A stretch of 50,166 bases of DNA from the IMG/VR virus record IMGVR_UViG_3300024249_000009, positions 1-50,166 of that record; one strand, given 5' to 3'. Source of the DNA: a virus. Taxonomy: Duplodnaviria > Caudoviricetes. Positions 7,446 to 16,195 of the stretch are shown here, in pieces (the first letter of the stretch is position 1; each line of letters opens with the position of its first letter). A program made the position numbers and the translations under genes. The notes beneath the pieces were generated by a model. The model made no database searches. It was not told where the DNA came from and was given only the letters and a program-made list of their open reading frames with translations.

Positions 7446-10043
7446 GTGGCGACAGCAGTCCAAGATTATGCCGGGAGCGCTCAGGCGCCTGACGAGAAAC
7501 CAAGTCAGGAACCGAAGTACGACATCGGTGTCCTCGCAGGCCTCGAATGGTCCCGCGTACCGAACGCCAAGCTCGATACCAAGCAACAGAATTTACTGAA
7601 GGAGATCGCGCGCAAAGCGGCGAAGCGCGACTATCCTGCTCGGCTGATCGAAGTCATTCAAGCGTGGGAAGCGGCTCTGTTCTATCGTGGCTTCCAGTTC
7701 CTCATTCCGCAGCGTGGTGGCGGCTGGATCATCCCGGGCGAAGCGACGGGTTACGGGCCATCGATGCAGATGGACATGGCGCTCCTGCCGACGAACATCT
7801 ACTCGGCACGCGCACAGATGATCATCGCGGCCTTAACGCGTACCGTCCCGAACGTACGCTTTGCTCCAGTCCGCGCGAACTCAGACGCACAGATCACTGC
7901 GGCTGATTCCGCTGAGAAGTTCCGCAAGGTCATCAGTAAAAACAACGACCTGATCCAGATCCAGACGGACGCCTCGCGCTATCTATGGACGGACGGACGA
8001 TTCCTGTACTACTCGCGGTTTGTGAAGGACGGCCAGAGATTCGGTTGGGAAGAGGACGACGAGCCAGATGATCTCGTTCCGGAAAACGAAGGCGAGCCTG
8101 GTACGACTCCTGTTGAGGGTGCCGCTGCTGCAGCGACGCCGGAATCTCCTGAGACCGCTAAGGAAGGCGCCGAGAGCAAAGAAGTAGTGCCCGAAGGCCA
8201 GACCCACGTCGAACACGAAGCGAGCGAGACTGACGAAGAGAAAGAAGCGGAAGGCGAGCTCGGCGAATTCGAGAAGCGCACACCTCGTGGTCAGGAAGTA
8301 CGGACGGCGCACGGCAAGCTCGAAGTAAAGCTGACGCCGATGATGGCAAACGATCTTTCCGAAGTCGATGTGCTGCAGTATGAGACCGAAGTCGATATCT
8401 GCCGCGCAAAGGGAATGTTCCCGTGGGTCGCCGACGATCTGAAATCGGAAACGAATCAGGCGGCGATGGGAGAGATCGGAAGACTGGCGCGCCAGAACGT
8501 GAAGCTCGGCATGCAGTCCACGTATGTGACTTCGGACAGCATCGCGGCCGACGTCACGATCCAGCGGACGTGGATGCGTCCGAGCCAGCTGATGGACATC
8601 AAGGACAAAAGCGATCGAGACAAGATGATCGCGATGTTTCCGAACGGCTGCTACGTGGTCTACGCCGGAGAAACTTTCTGCTTCGCTCGCAACGAATCGA
8701 TGGACGACTGTTGGGCCCTCGGGCAGGCCTACTCCGGAGACGGACAGAACCGCAACGCCATGGGCACATCGACGATGCCCGTCCAGAAACGGCTGAACAA
8801 CTGGCTGGATCTGATGAACGACATCTTCGTGCGGACGATTCCGAAGAAGTGGATGGACTCGAAAGCGTTCGCTGTCGAAACGCTGCGCCAGCAAACGAAC
8901 GTGCCCGGAGACATCGGCGGATTCAAGCGCCAGCCCGGAGTACCTGTCACCGAACTGATCTTCGTAGAGCCTGCAGTAAACCCACCCGCGAATCTCGCGG
9001 ACTTCATCAAGGAATACTCAGGTCCTCTTGCGGAGCTGCTCTCGGGAGCGTATCCCGCATTAGCTGGGGGCGATGTCGGCACGGCTGACAGCGGTGTAGC
9101 CATCGCCACCCAGCGAGATTCCGCGCTCGGGCGCCTCGCACCAACATGGCACTCGATCAAGAATGCGGAAGCTGTGTCGATGAAGCAGATGGTTCGCTGG
9201 GGCGCGAAGTGTCGCGACAAGTCGATCAACGAAAAGATTCCCGGCGGCGAGACGATCACTCTCGAGATCAATGATCTCAAGGGGAATATCACGGTCTTCG
9301 CCGAGAGCGACGAAAACTTCCCGGAGACCTACACCCAGAAGAGCAACAAGCTCATGGGAGTCTTCGATAACCTCGGGAAGAATCCGCAGCTCGCCGAAGT
9401 TTTCTTCAACGCTGCGAACCTCGAGTTCCTGCAGAACATGCTCGGACTATCCGATCTCGTGATCCCGCAGGTGATCTCGCGCAACAAGCAGCTCGGGGAG
9501 ATCGAGCTGATGATGAAGACGGGACCTGTCCCGAATCCGCAGGTGGAAATGCTGCGTGAGAAGATCGAACAGATCAAAGCGAGCGGAGTGGATCCACAGG
9601 AACTCGCGCAGGCCGAGCAGGAGCTCGCTGCGATGCCGCAGAATATCTGCTCGATTCCAATCGAATCGACGGACGACAATGCCACCGAGGCGGCGACATG
9701 CTGGATCTGGATCAACGGCGACGAAGGCCGCAAAGCGAAGAAGACCGACAAGGATGGATTCGACAACGTGGTGCTACACTTCCACGAACACGATGAGGCA
9801 GCGAAGCAGGCTGCAGCAGCCGCGCAACAGACCGGAAAGCCGCCGAGCGTCAGCGTTGGATACAAGGACGTCGTGCAGGTCGATCAGGGCGCGGCACAAC
9901 AGATCTTGCAGAAGGCTGGAGTAACTCCCTCCCCGGGGGCAACCGCTCCCGCGCCAGTCCCTGCAGGTGCAGGAGCGAAATCTCCGGCACCGCCGATACC
10001 AGTCGGCACGCCGCAAGGCGCTGGTGGAGCACCGAAACATTAA
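7446..10043 (+). CDS. Portal protein
   Basis: 865 aa between TerL and scaffold; SGVAI motif; helical C-terminal barrel; GAGGAG RBS. Confidence 0.85.
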   Translation: MATAVQDYAGSAQAPDEKPSQEPKYDIGVLAGLEWSRVPNAKLDTKQQNLLKEIARKAAKRDYPARLIEVIQAWEAALFYRGFQFLIPQRGGGWIIPGEATGYGPSMQMDMALLPTNIYSARAQMIIAALTRTVPNVRFAPVRANSDAQITAADSAEKFRKVISKNNDLIQIQTDASRYLWTDGRFLYYSRFVKDGQRFGWEEDDEPDDLVPENEGEPGTTPVEGAAAAATPESPETAKEGAESKEVVPEGQTHVEHEASETDEEKEAEGELGEFEKRTPRGQEVRTAHGKLEVKLTPMMANDLSEVDVLQYETEVDICRAKGMFPWVADDLKSETNQAAMGEIGRLARQNVKLGMQSTYVTSDSIAADVTIQRTWMRPSQLMDIKDKSDRDKMIAMFPNGCYVVYAGETFCFARNESMDDCWALGQAYSGDGQNRNAMGTSTMPVQKRLNNWLDLMNDIFVRTIPKKWMDSKAFAVETLRQQTNVPGDIGGFKRQPGVPVTELIFVEPAVNPPANLADFIKEYSGPLAELLSGAYPALAGGDVGTADSGVAIATQRDSALGRLAPTWHSIKNAEAVSMKQMVRWGAKCRDKSINEKIPGGETITLEINDLKGNITVFAESDENFPETYTQKSNKLMGVFDNLGKNPQLAEVFFNAANLEFLQNMLGLSDLVIPQVISRNKQLGEIELMMKTGPVPNPQVEMLREKIEQIKASGVDPQELAQAEQELAAMPQNICSIPIESTDDNATEAATCWIWINGDEGRKAKKTDKDGFDNVVLHFHEHDEAAKQAAAAAQQTGKPPSVSVGYKDVVQVDQGAAQQILQKAGVTPSPGATAPAPVPAGAGAKSPAPPIPVGTPQGAGGAPKH

Positions 10044-10064
10044 GAAAAACATCGGGAGGAAGAC

Positions 10065-11486
10065 ATGCTTGACGATTTGATCGCAGGAGCAGGTGCAGGT
10101 GCAGCCGTAGCAGATGCAGCTGGAGCAGGTGATGGGGCCGGAGCCGGAGATGGTACAGGCGCTGGTGGTGGAGCTGGAGAAGGCGCAGGTGCTGGTGAAG
10201 GCGCTGCTGAAGGTGCTGGAGAAGGAACTGGCGAAGGCGAAGGTGGAGAAGGTGCCGGAGCTGGAGAAATTGACGATCAAGCCGGCGCCGGAGAAGACGA
10301 TGCGGAGCTGGGTGGCGAGACCGATGGTCGCAAGATCGATGCCGCGACACGCAAGGCACTCGCTGCACTCAAGAAGGTAGATCCCGCCGCAGCAAAACAA
10401 CTATTCGCAGATCACGGGCGCGCGGAGCGAATCCGCGAAGAGCTCGGCGTCAAAAATCTCAGTGAGGCCGTAACCAAAGTCCGGCAGATGGCTGCGACGT
10501 TTGAAGCCGTCGGCGGCGAAGAAGGCCTCGTCGAGATCCAGAACGAAGTCGAGGATTACCGGAAAGAGGTCGCACAGTTCTCGAATGGCGATCCCGCACT
10601 GCTCACGCAACTCCGCGAAGCGAATCCCGAACAGTTCGCCAACATGGTGACGCAAGGCCTCGAGCAGATCGCGCAGCACATGACTGCGGACCAGTTCGAC
10701 AACACGATCCTGCCGACGATGGTGGCGCGTTTGGACAAGGCCGGATTCTACGGATCGGTCACGGAACTCCTTTCGCTCATCAAGGAAGGGAAAGGTCAGG
10801 AAGCTTTCGATCTCACCACGAAGATCCACAACTGGCTGAACAACGCCAAGGGAATGGTGAAGAAGCAGCTCGACCTGAAGTCGCAGAAAAATCCGGAACG
10901 CGAAGCACTCGAGAAGGATCGCGCCGCACTCAATCAGGAAAAGCAGGAAGCGTTTGAAGGACGCGTCTCGAGTGACGTGAACCGCAGCAACAATACGGCA
11001 ACGGCAAAGATCGTCGAGCCGTTCTTCAAGGACCTAAAACTCAGCCCGGAAGGCCGCCGCGAATTCGTCAACGCTCTCAATTCCCGGATCTTCAAAATAA
11101 TGGCGAAGGATGTGCAGTTCCAGCGCGCCGCAAAATCACTTCTCGCCAAGGGCGACCAGGCGAGATCTGCACGATTTGTCAGCGCGAAGTTCGCCGAGCT
11201 TTTGCCGGATCAGTTCCGCGCACTCCGCAACGCGATGTATCCGAACTACTCGCGAGGTGGAACGGCGGCAAGCGCTGCAGCGGGAAAGAAAGCTGCGGCT
11301 GCTGGCGCGAACGGAAAAGAAAAGGGAGCCGCAGGGGCTGGATCCGGAGTGAACTACACCGGAGGGAAGCCGAACCGCGACGACGTGGACTGGAAGCGGA
11401 CGAGCGAGACGTTGTGGATCAGTGGCCGCGCGTTTCTGAACGGGAAGCCGGACATGGTTAAATTCAACTGGAACGACGTCAAGTAA
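10065..11486 (+). CDS. Capsid scaffolding protein
   Basis: Position before the capsid gene; acidic G/A-rich N-terminus; helical core. Confidence 0.7.
   Translation: MLDDLIAGAGAGAAVADAAGAGDGAGAGDGTGAGGGAGEGAGAGEGAAEGAGEGTGEGEGGEGAGAGEIDDQAGAGEDDAELGGETDGRKIDAATRKALAALKKVDPAAAKQLFADHGRAERIREELGVKNLSEAVTKVRQMAATFEAVGGEEGLVEIQNEVEDYRKEVAQFSNGDPALLTQLREANPEQFANMVTQGLEQIAQHMTADQFDNTILPTMVARLDKAGFYGSVTELLSLIKEGKGQEAFDLTTKIHNWLNNAKGMVKKQLDLKSQKNPEREALEKDRAALNQEKQEAFEGRVSSDVNRSNNTATAKIVEPFFKDLKLSPEGRREFVNALNSRIFKIMAKDVQFQRAAKSLLAKGDQARSARFVSAKFAELLPDQFRALRNAMYPNYSRGGTAASAAAGKKAAAAGANGKEKGAAGAGSGVNYTGGKPNRDDVDWKRTSETLWISGRAFLNGKPDMVKFNWNDVK
10084..10266 (+). repeat. Low-complexity coding repeat (GAGAGE/GAGAGD)
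   Basis: Tandem GGN-GCN-GAR codons. Confidence 0.8.
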
Positions 11487-11503
11487 TGGAGTAGGATTCC
11501 GTC

Positions 11504-12010
11504 GTGTTCAGATGCGAACATTGGTTCCGGAAGATTTGGGATAAGCTGGAAGAGATCTGGGAAGTGCTTGTCCAGATCTGGAGAAAACTCGAACAGGTCT
11601 GGCAAGAGATCCTGTGCATACATCGGGATATCAAGAGACTTTTGCAGTGGATTGCCCTGAAAGAGATCGACTTCGTTCAATTTGGAGGCAGTATGAATTT
11701 TTCAATCGTTCGTGGAGCAGCAGGAACCTTCACCGCAGTCCTGAATCCAGTTAATGGCGCTCAGGCTGCGGGTACAGTTCCGCAGTGGACGGCAAGCGAC
11801 AGTAGCGTAGTTCTCAATCCGAGCGCTGACGGGCTTTCGTGTGACGCCACTGCTCCGGCTGGCAGCACGTTTACGACATTCGATTTGAACCTCAAGGCAA
11901 CTTCCTCGGATCCGGCTGTCGGTGTCGTGAGCGTGACTCACACGATTGCGGTAACCGAGCCTGTGGCACCTCCGCTGCAGTCTATCGATTTCGCGCAGAC
12001 TGGCGGCTAA
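11504..12010 (+). CDS. Trp-heptad coiled coil plus Ig-like domain protein; probable second in-frame start at 11693
   Basis: W at residues 12, 19, 26, 33; GGAGG at 11684-11688 before ATG 11693; beta-rich C-terminal half. Confidence 0.7.
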   Translation: MFRCEHWFRKIWDKLEEIWEVLVQIWRKLEQVWQEILCIHRDIKRLLQWIALKEIDFVQFGGSMNFSIVRGAAGTFTAVLNPVNGAQAAGTVPQWTASDSSVVLNPSADGLSCDATAPAGSTFTTFDLNLKATSSDPAVGVVSVTHTIAVTEPVAPPLQSIDFAQTGG

Positions 12011-12033
12011 TTCGTTCCGAACCGCGAGTAGGT

Positions 12034-12079
12034 CGGGATTCCCCGGGTGCTCCCTCAGGGCGCCCGGGGATCTCGTTTT
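12034..12079 (+). terminator. Intrinsic terminator
   Basis: CGGGATTCCCCGGGTGCTC / GGGCGCCCGGGGATCTCG stem followed by TTTT. Confidence 0.75.
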
Positions 12080-12095
12080 GGTATATACTCTTCTC

Positions 12096-12347
12096 ATGTT
12101 TCGTGGCAAGAAGTGGATCAAGAAAGAACGTCGCACTCCAGAAGAAGAACATCGGATGCGATCTCAGGCCGTCAAGAAAAGCTGGAAGACACGCCGCTCC
12201 AAACGCATACTCGCTGCCTCTTCTGTTGGCTCGATCAAGGCTGGTAAAGCGAAAAGGAAGACCAGACTCCTGTTGCAGCACCATCTGGCCGAAGACGCTG
12301 GTGAGGCCATTTTCATGGAACTTCTCGATGCATTTTGTAAAACGTGA
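12096..12347 (+). CDS. Small basic protein, probably leaderless, with a NUMOD3-like segment
   Basis: TATACT 12084-12089 lies 6 nt before ATG 12096; RTPEEEHRMRSQAVKKSW. Confidence 0.5.
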   Translation: MFRGKKWIKKERRTPEEEHRMRSQAVKKSWKTRRSKRILAASSVGSIKAGKAKRKTRLLLQHHLAEDAGEAIFMELLDAFCKT

Positions 12348-12392
12348 CACACCCATCCGATCTCTCTGAAAACAAGTAGGAAGCTACCCTGC

Positions 12393-12430
12393 AAAAATTA
12401 CTTGCATCCTGAACAAGTTCGCAGTAACTT
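12393..12430 (+). promoter_or_regulatory. Sigma70-type promoter for the capsid operon
   Basis: A-tract, TTGCAT (12402-12407), 17-nt spacer, TAACTT (12425-12430). Confidence 0.65.
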
Positions 12431-12436
12431 CACACC

Positions 12437-12655
12437 GAAGAAGATGTTGGAGCCATCGGGGTCTTCCCGAAAATAAGTGCCGTACTTCCGAGGCAAGGTC
12501 AGGGGCGGGACCAATATCGGTTGAATCTCCGCAACTTCTGCATTGTTCCAAGCACATCGGGTGTAGGGAAAACTCCGCGATTGATTTCGTGTGAGTCGCC
12601 AACGTGCACGCGTTCGGGTCGCCGACCACCGTTGAGCTAATGCAGAGGTCCAACC
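12437..12655 (+). promoter_or_regulatory. Long structured 5' leader of the major capsid gene
   Basis: ACTTCTGCATTGTTC (12534-12548) pairs with GAGCTAATGCAGAGGT (12634-12649), which contains the SD; several short hairpins. Confidence 0.6.
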
Positions 12656-13996
12656 ATGGCAGCGAATCCTTTGGCAGAAGCGGCTGTTGAAGCCGTAGAG
12701 CTCGAGAATTTCGCGAAGGGCATTCCGGATCTTGTCTACAAGGGCCACACGGTCTACAACCTTTTCAAAAAGGGAAGTAAGACCTATCCGACGGCAGTGA
12801 CCACGCAGGCTGGTGGCACCGCTCGTCCGGCTTTCCGTATTCCTGTACGCATTCAGTCAGGCGCAGCTATCTTCCAGGCAACTGGAAACGGCGACGCCCT
12901 GCCGCGTGGAACCGGATCGCAGTGGGTCGGTGGAGACATTTCTCCGATTGGTCTCTTCGCCGGATGCGAGATCACGTATCTCGCCCGAATCGCAACACAA
13001 GGCCCGAAGCGCGGCTTGATCAGCTTGCGCGCGGAAGAGCTGAAGAATTCTTTCAACTCCTTCATGCAGGGCGTGGACGCGCAGTTCCTGAGCGATGGCT
13101 CGGGCGCAATCGTCCAGATCCCTTCCACCGCGGCGGTCAATAACAACACTCTGGGCGGCTCCAACCCGTCCTCGATCGTCGGTCTCGGTGGTCAGGCGAA
13201 CCAATTCCAAGAACAGCAGGTCATCCAGATCTTCCCCACTGAAGGCGGCGTGGCTCGCACCACTCCGGCGACGGCGACGGTTTCCTACGTCGATGGCGCA
13301 AACGACACCGTGTATTTTTCGACGGCTCTGCCGACGAACACAGCGGTGGGCGACTTCGTGATGATTCAGGGATCGACTGGTGCGCTGAACTCCGGCCTCG
13401 CCGGACTGTATGCGTATCAGGTCGCCTCGAACACGGGAACGATTCTGAATCTTGCGCGTTCAACCTATCCCGGCCAACTGTCCACGCCGAACATTGCGAA
13501 GGGCAACGCCGCGATCAACATGACCGACGCCTACAAGGCCGAGATTCTGATCGGCCGTGGCCTCGGTGCGGACAACGAAGCTGTTGCGGACTTCGAGTGG
13601 ATCTGTGGACCGGATCAGGAACTGGCCGTGACGCAGCTGTACACGAACGTCCTCACGCAGAATTACGTGCCGCCCGGGGAGAAGGCTCTCGACATGGTCA
13701 AGAAGCACATGTCGCCGACTTACGGTGGCCGTCCGCTGAACGTGAGCTACACCGCAAAGCAGGGCCGTCTCGATGCAGTGTGCCCGGAGACATGGGGCAT
13801 TGTGGAAACTGTAGAGCCGTCGCTCTACGATTTCGGAGATGGCGTCACCACGATGCCGATCCCCGATTTCGTTGGTCAGGGCAGCTATTTGACGTCCTCG
13901 ATCTTCTTCTACAACTGCTTCCTCAACCTCTTCAACTCGAACATGAAGGCTGGCGTTTTTATTTCCGGCGCCGCCGTTCCGAGCGTGACGAGCTAA
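12656..13996 (+). CDS. Major capsid protein
   Basis: 446 aa after the scaffold; FLSDGSG and LAGL...ILNLARSTYP motifs typical of podovirus HK97-fold capsids; strong codon bias. Confidence 0.85.
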   Translation: MAANPLAEAAVEAVELENFAKGIPDLVYKGHTVYNLFKKGSKTYPTAVTTQAGGTARPAFRIPVRIQSGAAIFQATGNGDALPRGTGSQWVGGDISPIGLFAGCEITYLARIATQGPKRGLISLRAEELKNSFNSFMQGVDAQFLSDGSGAIVQIPSTAAVNNNTLGGSNPSSIVGLGGQANQFQEQQVIQIFPTEGGVARTTPATATVSYVDGANDTVYFSTALPTNTAVGDFVMIQGSTGALNSGLAGLYAYQVASNTGTILNLARSTYPGQLSTPNIAKGNAAINMTDAYKAEILIGRGLGADNEAVADFEWICGPDQELAVTQLYTNVLTQNYVPPGEKALDMVKKHMSPTYGGRPLNVSYTAKQGRLDAVCPETWGIVETVEPSLYDFGDGVTTMPIPDFVGQGSYLTSSIFFYNCFLNLFNSNMKAGVFISGAAVPSVTS

Positions 13997-14017
13997 TTTC
14001 CAACCTGCGTGAGAAAG

Positions 14018-14039
14018 GGGGAGGAGTAACGCCCTCCCC
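14018..14039 (+). terminator. Hairpin after the capsid gene (weak terminator or stabiliser)
   Basis: GGGGAGG/CCTCCCC stem, poor U tract. Confidence 0.4.
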
Positions 14040-14063
14040 ACAAATTCAAACATCGGGTGATCA

Positions 14064-14471
14064 ATGAACGAAAATCAGACTGCAGTTGCAGGACCGATTG
14101 ATGTGCTGGACCGCCGTAGATTTGAAGACAACGGCGAACCGAAGAGCACTACGGATGTGAGCGAGAGGAAGTTCAAACTCGTTCCGCGACACAAGTGGGT
14201 GCTCATCCGGCAAGTTCAGAAAGAGGAAGTGCGGACGGAAGCAGGCGTTGTGATTCCGGCAGCAGATTTCTTCCTCATGCAGGGCGAAGACAAGTCACAG
14301 CGCGGAGTGGTCGTCGCGGCTGGGCCAGAGTCCGATCTCAAAGAGGGAGACCTCGTGATCTTCACAGCGTTCCCGATGGAGATCGAAGGCCTCAAGGATC
14401 TGACAGGCGACGAACGCATCAAGCTGGTTCGGGACGAGGAAGTGTACTCTCGGGTCGTGGAATGCCAGTAA
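14064..14471 (+). CDS. groES: Co-chaperonin GroES (Cpn10) homologue
   Basis: LVPRHKWVLIR...TEAGVVIP...QRGVVVAAGP..DLKEGDLVIF...LVRDEEV. Confidence 0.85.
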   Translation: MNENQTAVAGPIDVLDRRRFEDNGEPKSTTDVSERKFKLVPRHKWVLIRQVQKEEVRTEAGVVIPAADFFLMQGEDKSQRGVVVAAGPESDLKEGDLVIFTAFPMEIEGLKDLTGDERIKLVRDEEVYSRVVECQ

Positions 14472-15187
14472 AAGGCGCAGAGACGAGAGAATGCCCGAAG
14501 GAATATCAGGACCGACTCACGCAGATCTTCGGCGTGAATCAGTTCGGAGATCCCAACTTCAAGATCGTCTGGGGCCAGTCTACTTTCATCCGGATGGGAA
14601 ATATCTGGCGCGACAAAAACGGCAACGAGCGCGTCGGATACCGTGAACGCTACCAGTGTCACGGGATGCCCTGCTGGGTGATCATGCGATGGCACTCCCC
14701 GACGGAATACGGATCTCCCCGGGCCTACTACTCGAGCACCTTCGATTCACTCTCACGCCTGTACATGGTCGGCGAGTATCCATGGCGCGGACGGTATGAA
14801 ATCGTCCAGCCGCTGATCTCGAAAGAGTTCGTGGGTAAGAAACTCGTCGTCACACATTTCCCGCTCACGCATTTCCTGATCGACACGCTGATCCCGATGA
14901 TGGAAGCGTTCCAGAAACTTTCCGTCAAGCAGAAAGCGGCAGCGCGAGCGGCAGTGAAAGCTGTCGAGGATAAGGCCGAAACAGAAAGGATCGCGGACCA
15001 GCTCGAAGAGAACATGCCGAAGTGGTGGGGTCCGGTGTCGTACGGGAATCAGGGAATCCGCACATCTCTGCTGGACCGGAAGATGGAGCAGATCAAGAAA
15101 GTCTGGGACCGGATGAGCCGTGGTGGTCACAGGCCGAAGTTCAATCGGGGCATGGCTCTCGGCGACAAGCCGATGATTTCACACTAA
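14462..15187 (+). CDS. Hypothetical head-region protein
   Basis: ATG 14462 overlaps the groES stop; the longer 5' extension in the track is a shadow of groES. Confidence 0.75.
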   Translation: MPVKGAETRECPKEYQDRLTQIFGVNQFGDPNFKIVWGQSTFIRMGNIWRDKNGNERVGYRERYQCHGMPCWVIMRWHSPTEYGSPRAYYSSTFDSLSRLYMVGEYPWRGRYEIVQPLISKEFVGKKLVVTHFPLTHFLIDTLIPMMEAFQKLSVKQKAAARAAVKAVEDKAETERIADQLEENMPKWWGPVSYGNQGIRTSLLDRKMEQIKKVWDRMSRGGHRPKFNRGMALGDKPMISH

Positions 15188-15208
15188 AAATATCGGGAGG
15201 AAAGAGAA

Positions 15209-16105
15209 ATGGCTTCGATTCCAGTAACAGCACAGTTGGCGCAGGACCAGCGTCGAGCGCAGCAGCAGGCGAAATCGACGCAGGACGGCGCGAATCACGG
15301 CGCCACGATGATCGAGACACAGGACAGCGGCAAGGAAGCTGGCTATGTGATCTACGTCTACAACATCCTGAACAAGGAGCACACCGTTTCGCAGCCGCCG
15401 ATCTTCCCGGGCGTCATCATCCCAGCATGCAAGACGCACGAGAAATTCGCTTTCACTGTTCTTCCTCCGTTTGTGAAAGAGCCGTACTTCAAACCAGGCA
15501 CAACGGAGATGTACTACAAGAACGTCGATGGGCGGAAGGCCGCGACATCGCTTCTGAATCCCAGCGCATTCCCCGGGATCAAGTGGGAAGGCCAGCTGCA
15601 GAAGTGGGACACAGGCGATCAGTACGGAAACAATTTGAACGCCTATGGCGTGTGGTGGTCCCTGACGAAGCCGGAAGAGACCGAAAAGCTCGACAGGGAG
15701 ATCGCGCAGTTCAAGGAGCGCGTGCACCGGACGATGGACGAGCTCGTGAAGCGCGGCGAGGAACTAAGCGCCGGCGGCGACCTGAAGTCGATCACTCCGT
15801 GGATGCACTTCGCCATGGACTACCTCGGCAAGCAGGCGTCGTGGCACATGGCGACTCACCACATGATCACCTGCCCGAACTGCGGAGATCCCGTCAAGGA
15901 AGGGATCGCATATCACCGCAACAGTTTTGGAGAGCGCTGCATCGTGAATCCGGTTCGCTACCGCGAGATGCTCGAGATGAAGAAACAACTCGAGGAACAA
16001 GCTGGTGTCGAAGAGGATCCAGACGCGACGCAGGAAGCAGAGCTCGTCGGATCTGCGACTACTCCGGCCCGGGCGCCGAAAAAGAAAGTGGCGCCGAAGG
16101 CTTAA
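15209..16105 (+). CDS. Hypothetical protein with CPNC Zn ribbon
   Basis: GGGAGG RBS; typical codon usage. Confidence 0.8.
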   Translation: MASIPVTAQLAQDQRRAQQQAKSTQDGANHGATMIETQDSGKEAGYVIYVYNILNKEHTVSQPPIFPGVIIPACKTHEKFAFTVLPPFVKEPYFKPGTTEMYYKNVDGRKAATSLLNPSAFPGIKWEGQLQKWDTGDQYGNNLNAYGVWWSLTKPEETEKLDREIAQFKERVHRTMDELVKRGEELSAGGDLKSITPWMHFAMDYLGKQASWHMATHHMITCPNCGDPVKEGIAYHRNSFGERCIVNPVRYREMLEMKKQLEEQAGVEEDPDATQEAELVGSATTPARAPKKKVAPKA

Positions 16106-16112
16106 CGATCTT

Positions 16113-16173
16113 CTTGGAGGTGGCCCCGTAACCCCCTGTACACCCGATTCAGGGGAGCGCGACCACCTCCAAG
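16113..16173 (+). promoter_or_regulatory. Intergenic long hairpin
   Basis: CTTGGAGGTGG/CCACCTCCAAG (11 bp) with inner CCCCTG/CAGGGG; no U tract. Confidence 0.6.
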
Positions 16174-16195
16174 TCGAAATTTGCGAGAGGGAAAA

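Noticed and set aside
10084-10266. Tandem repeats that might be a CRISPR array or VNTR
   Set aside because: Degenerate Gly/Ala/Glu codons within the scaffold ORF; no repeat-spacer structure
14195-14461. Long 5' extensions given in the ORF track (also 24948, 33043, 39143, 47862, 48509)
   Set aside because: They overlap upstream genes; better starts with RBS or coupling lie downstream
15022-16131. 369-aa alternate-frame ORF and many long minus-strand ORFs (e.g. 7983-8894, 22114-23142, 36142-37203)
   Set aside because: Shadows of high-GC3 coding genes; Arg-rich, no motifs or RBS
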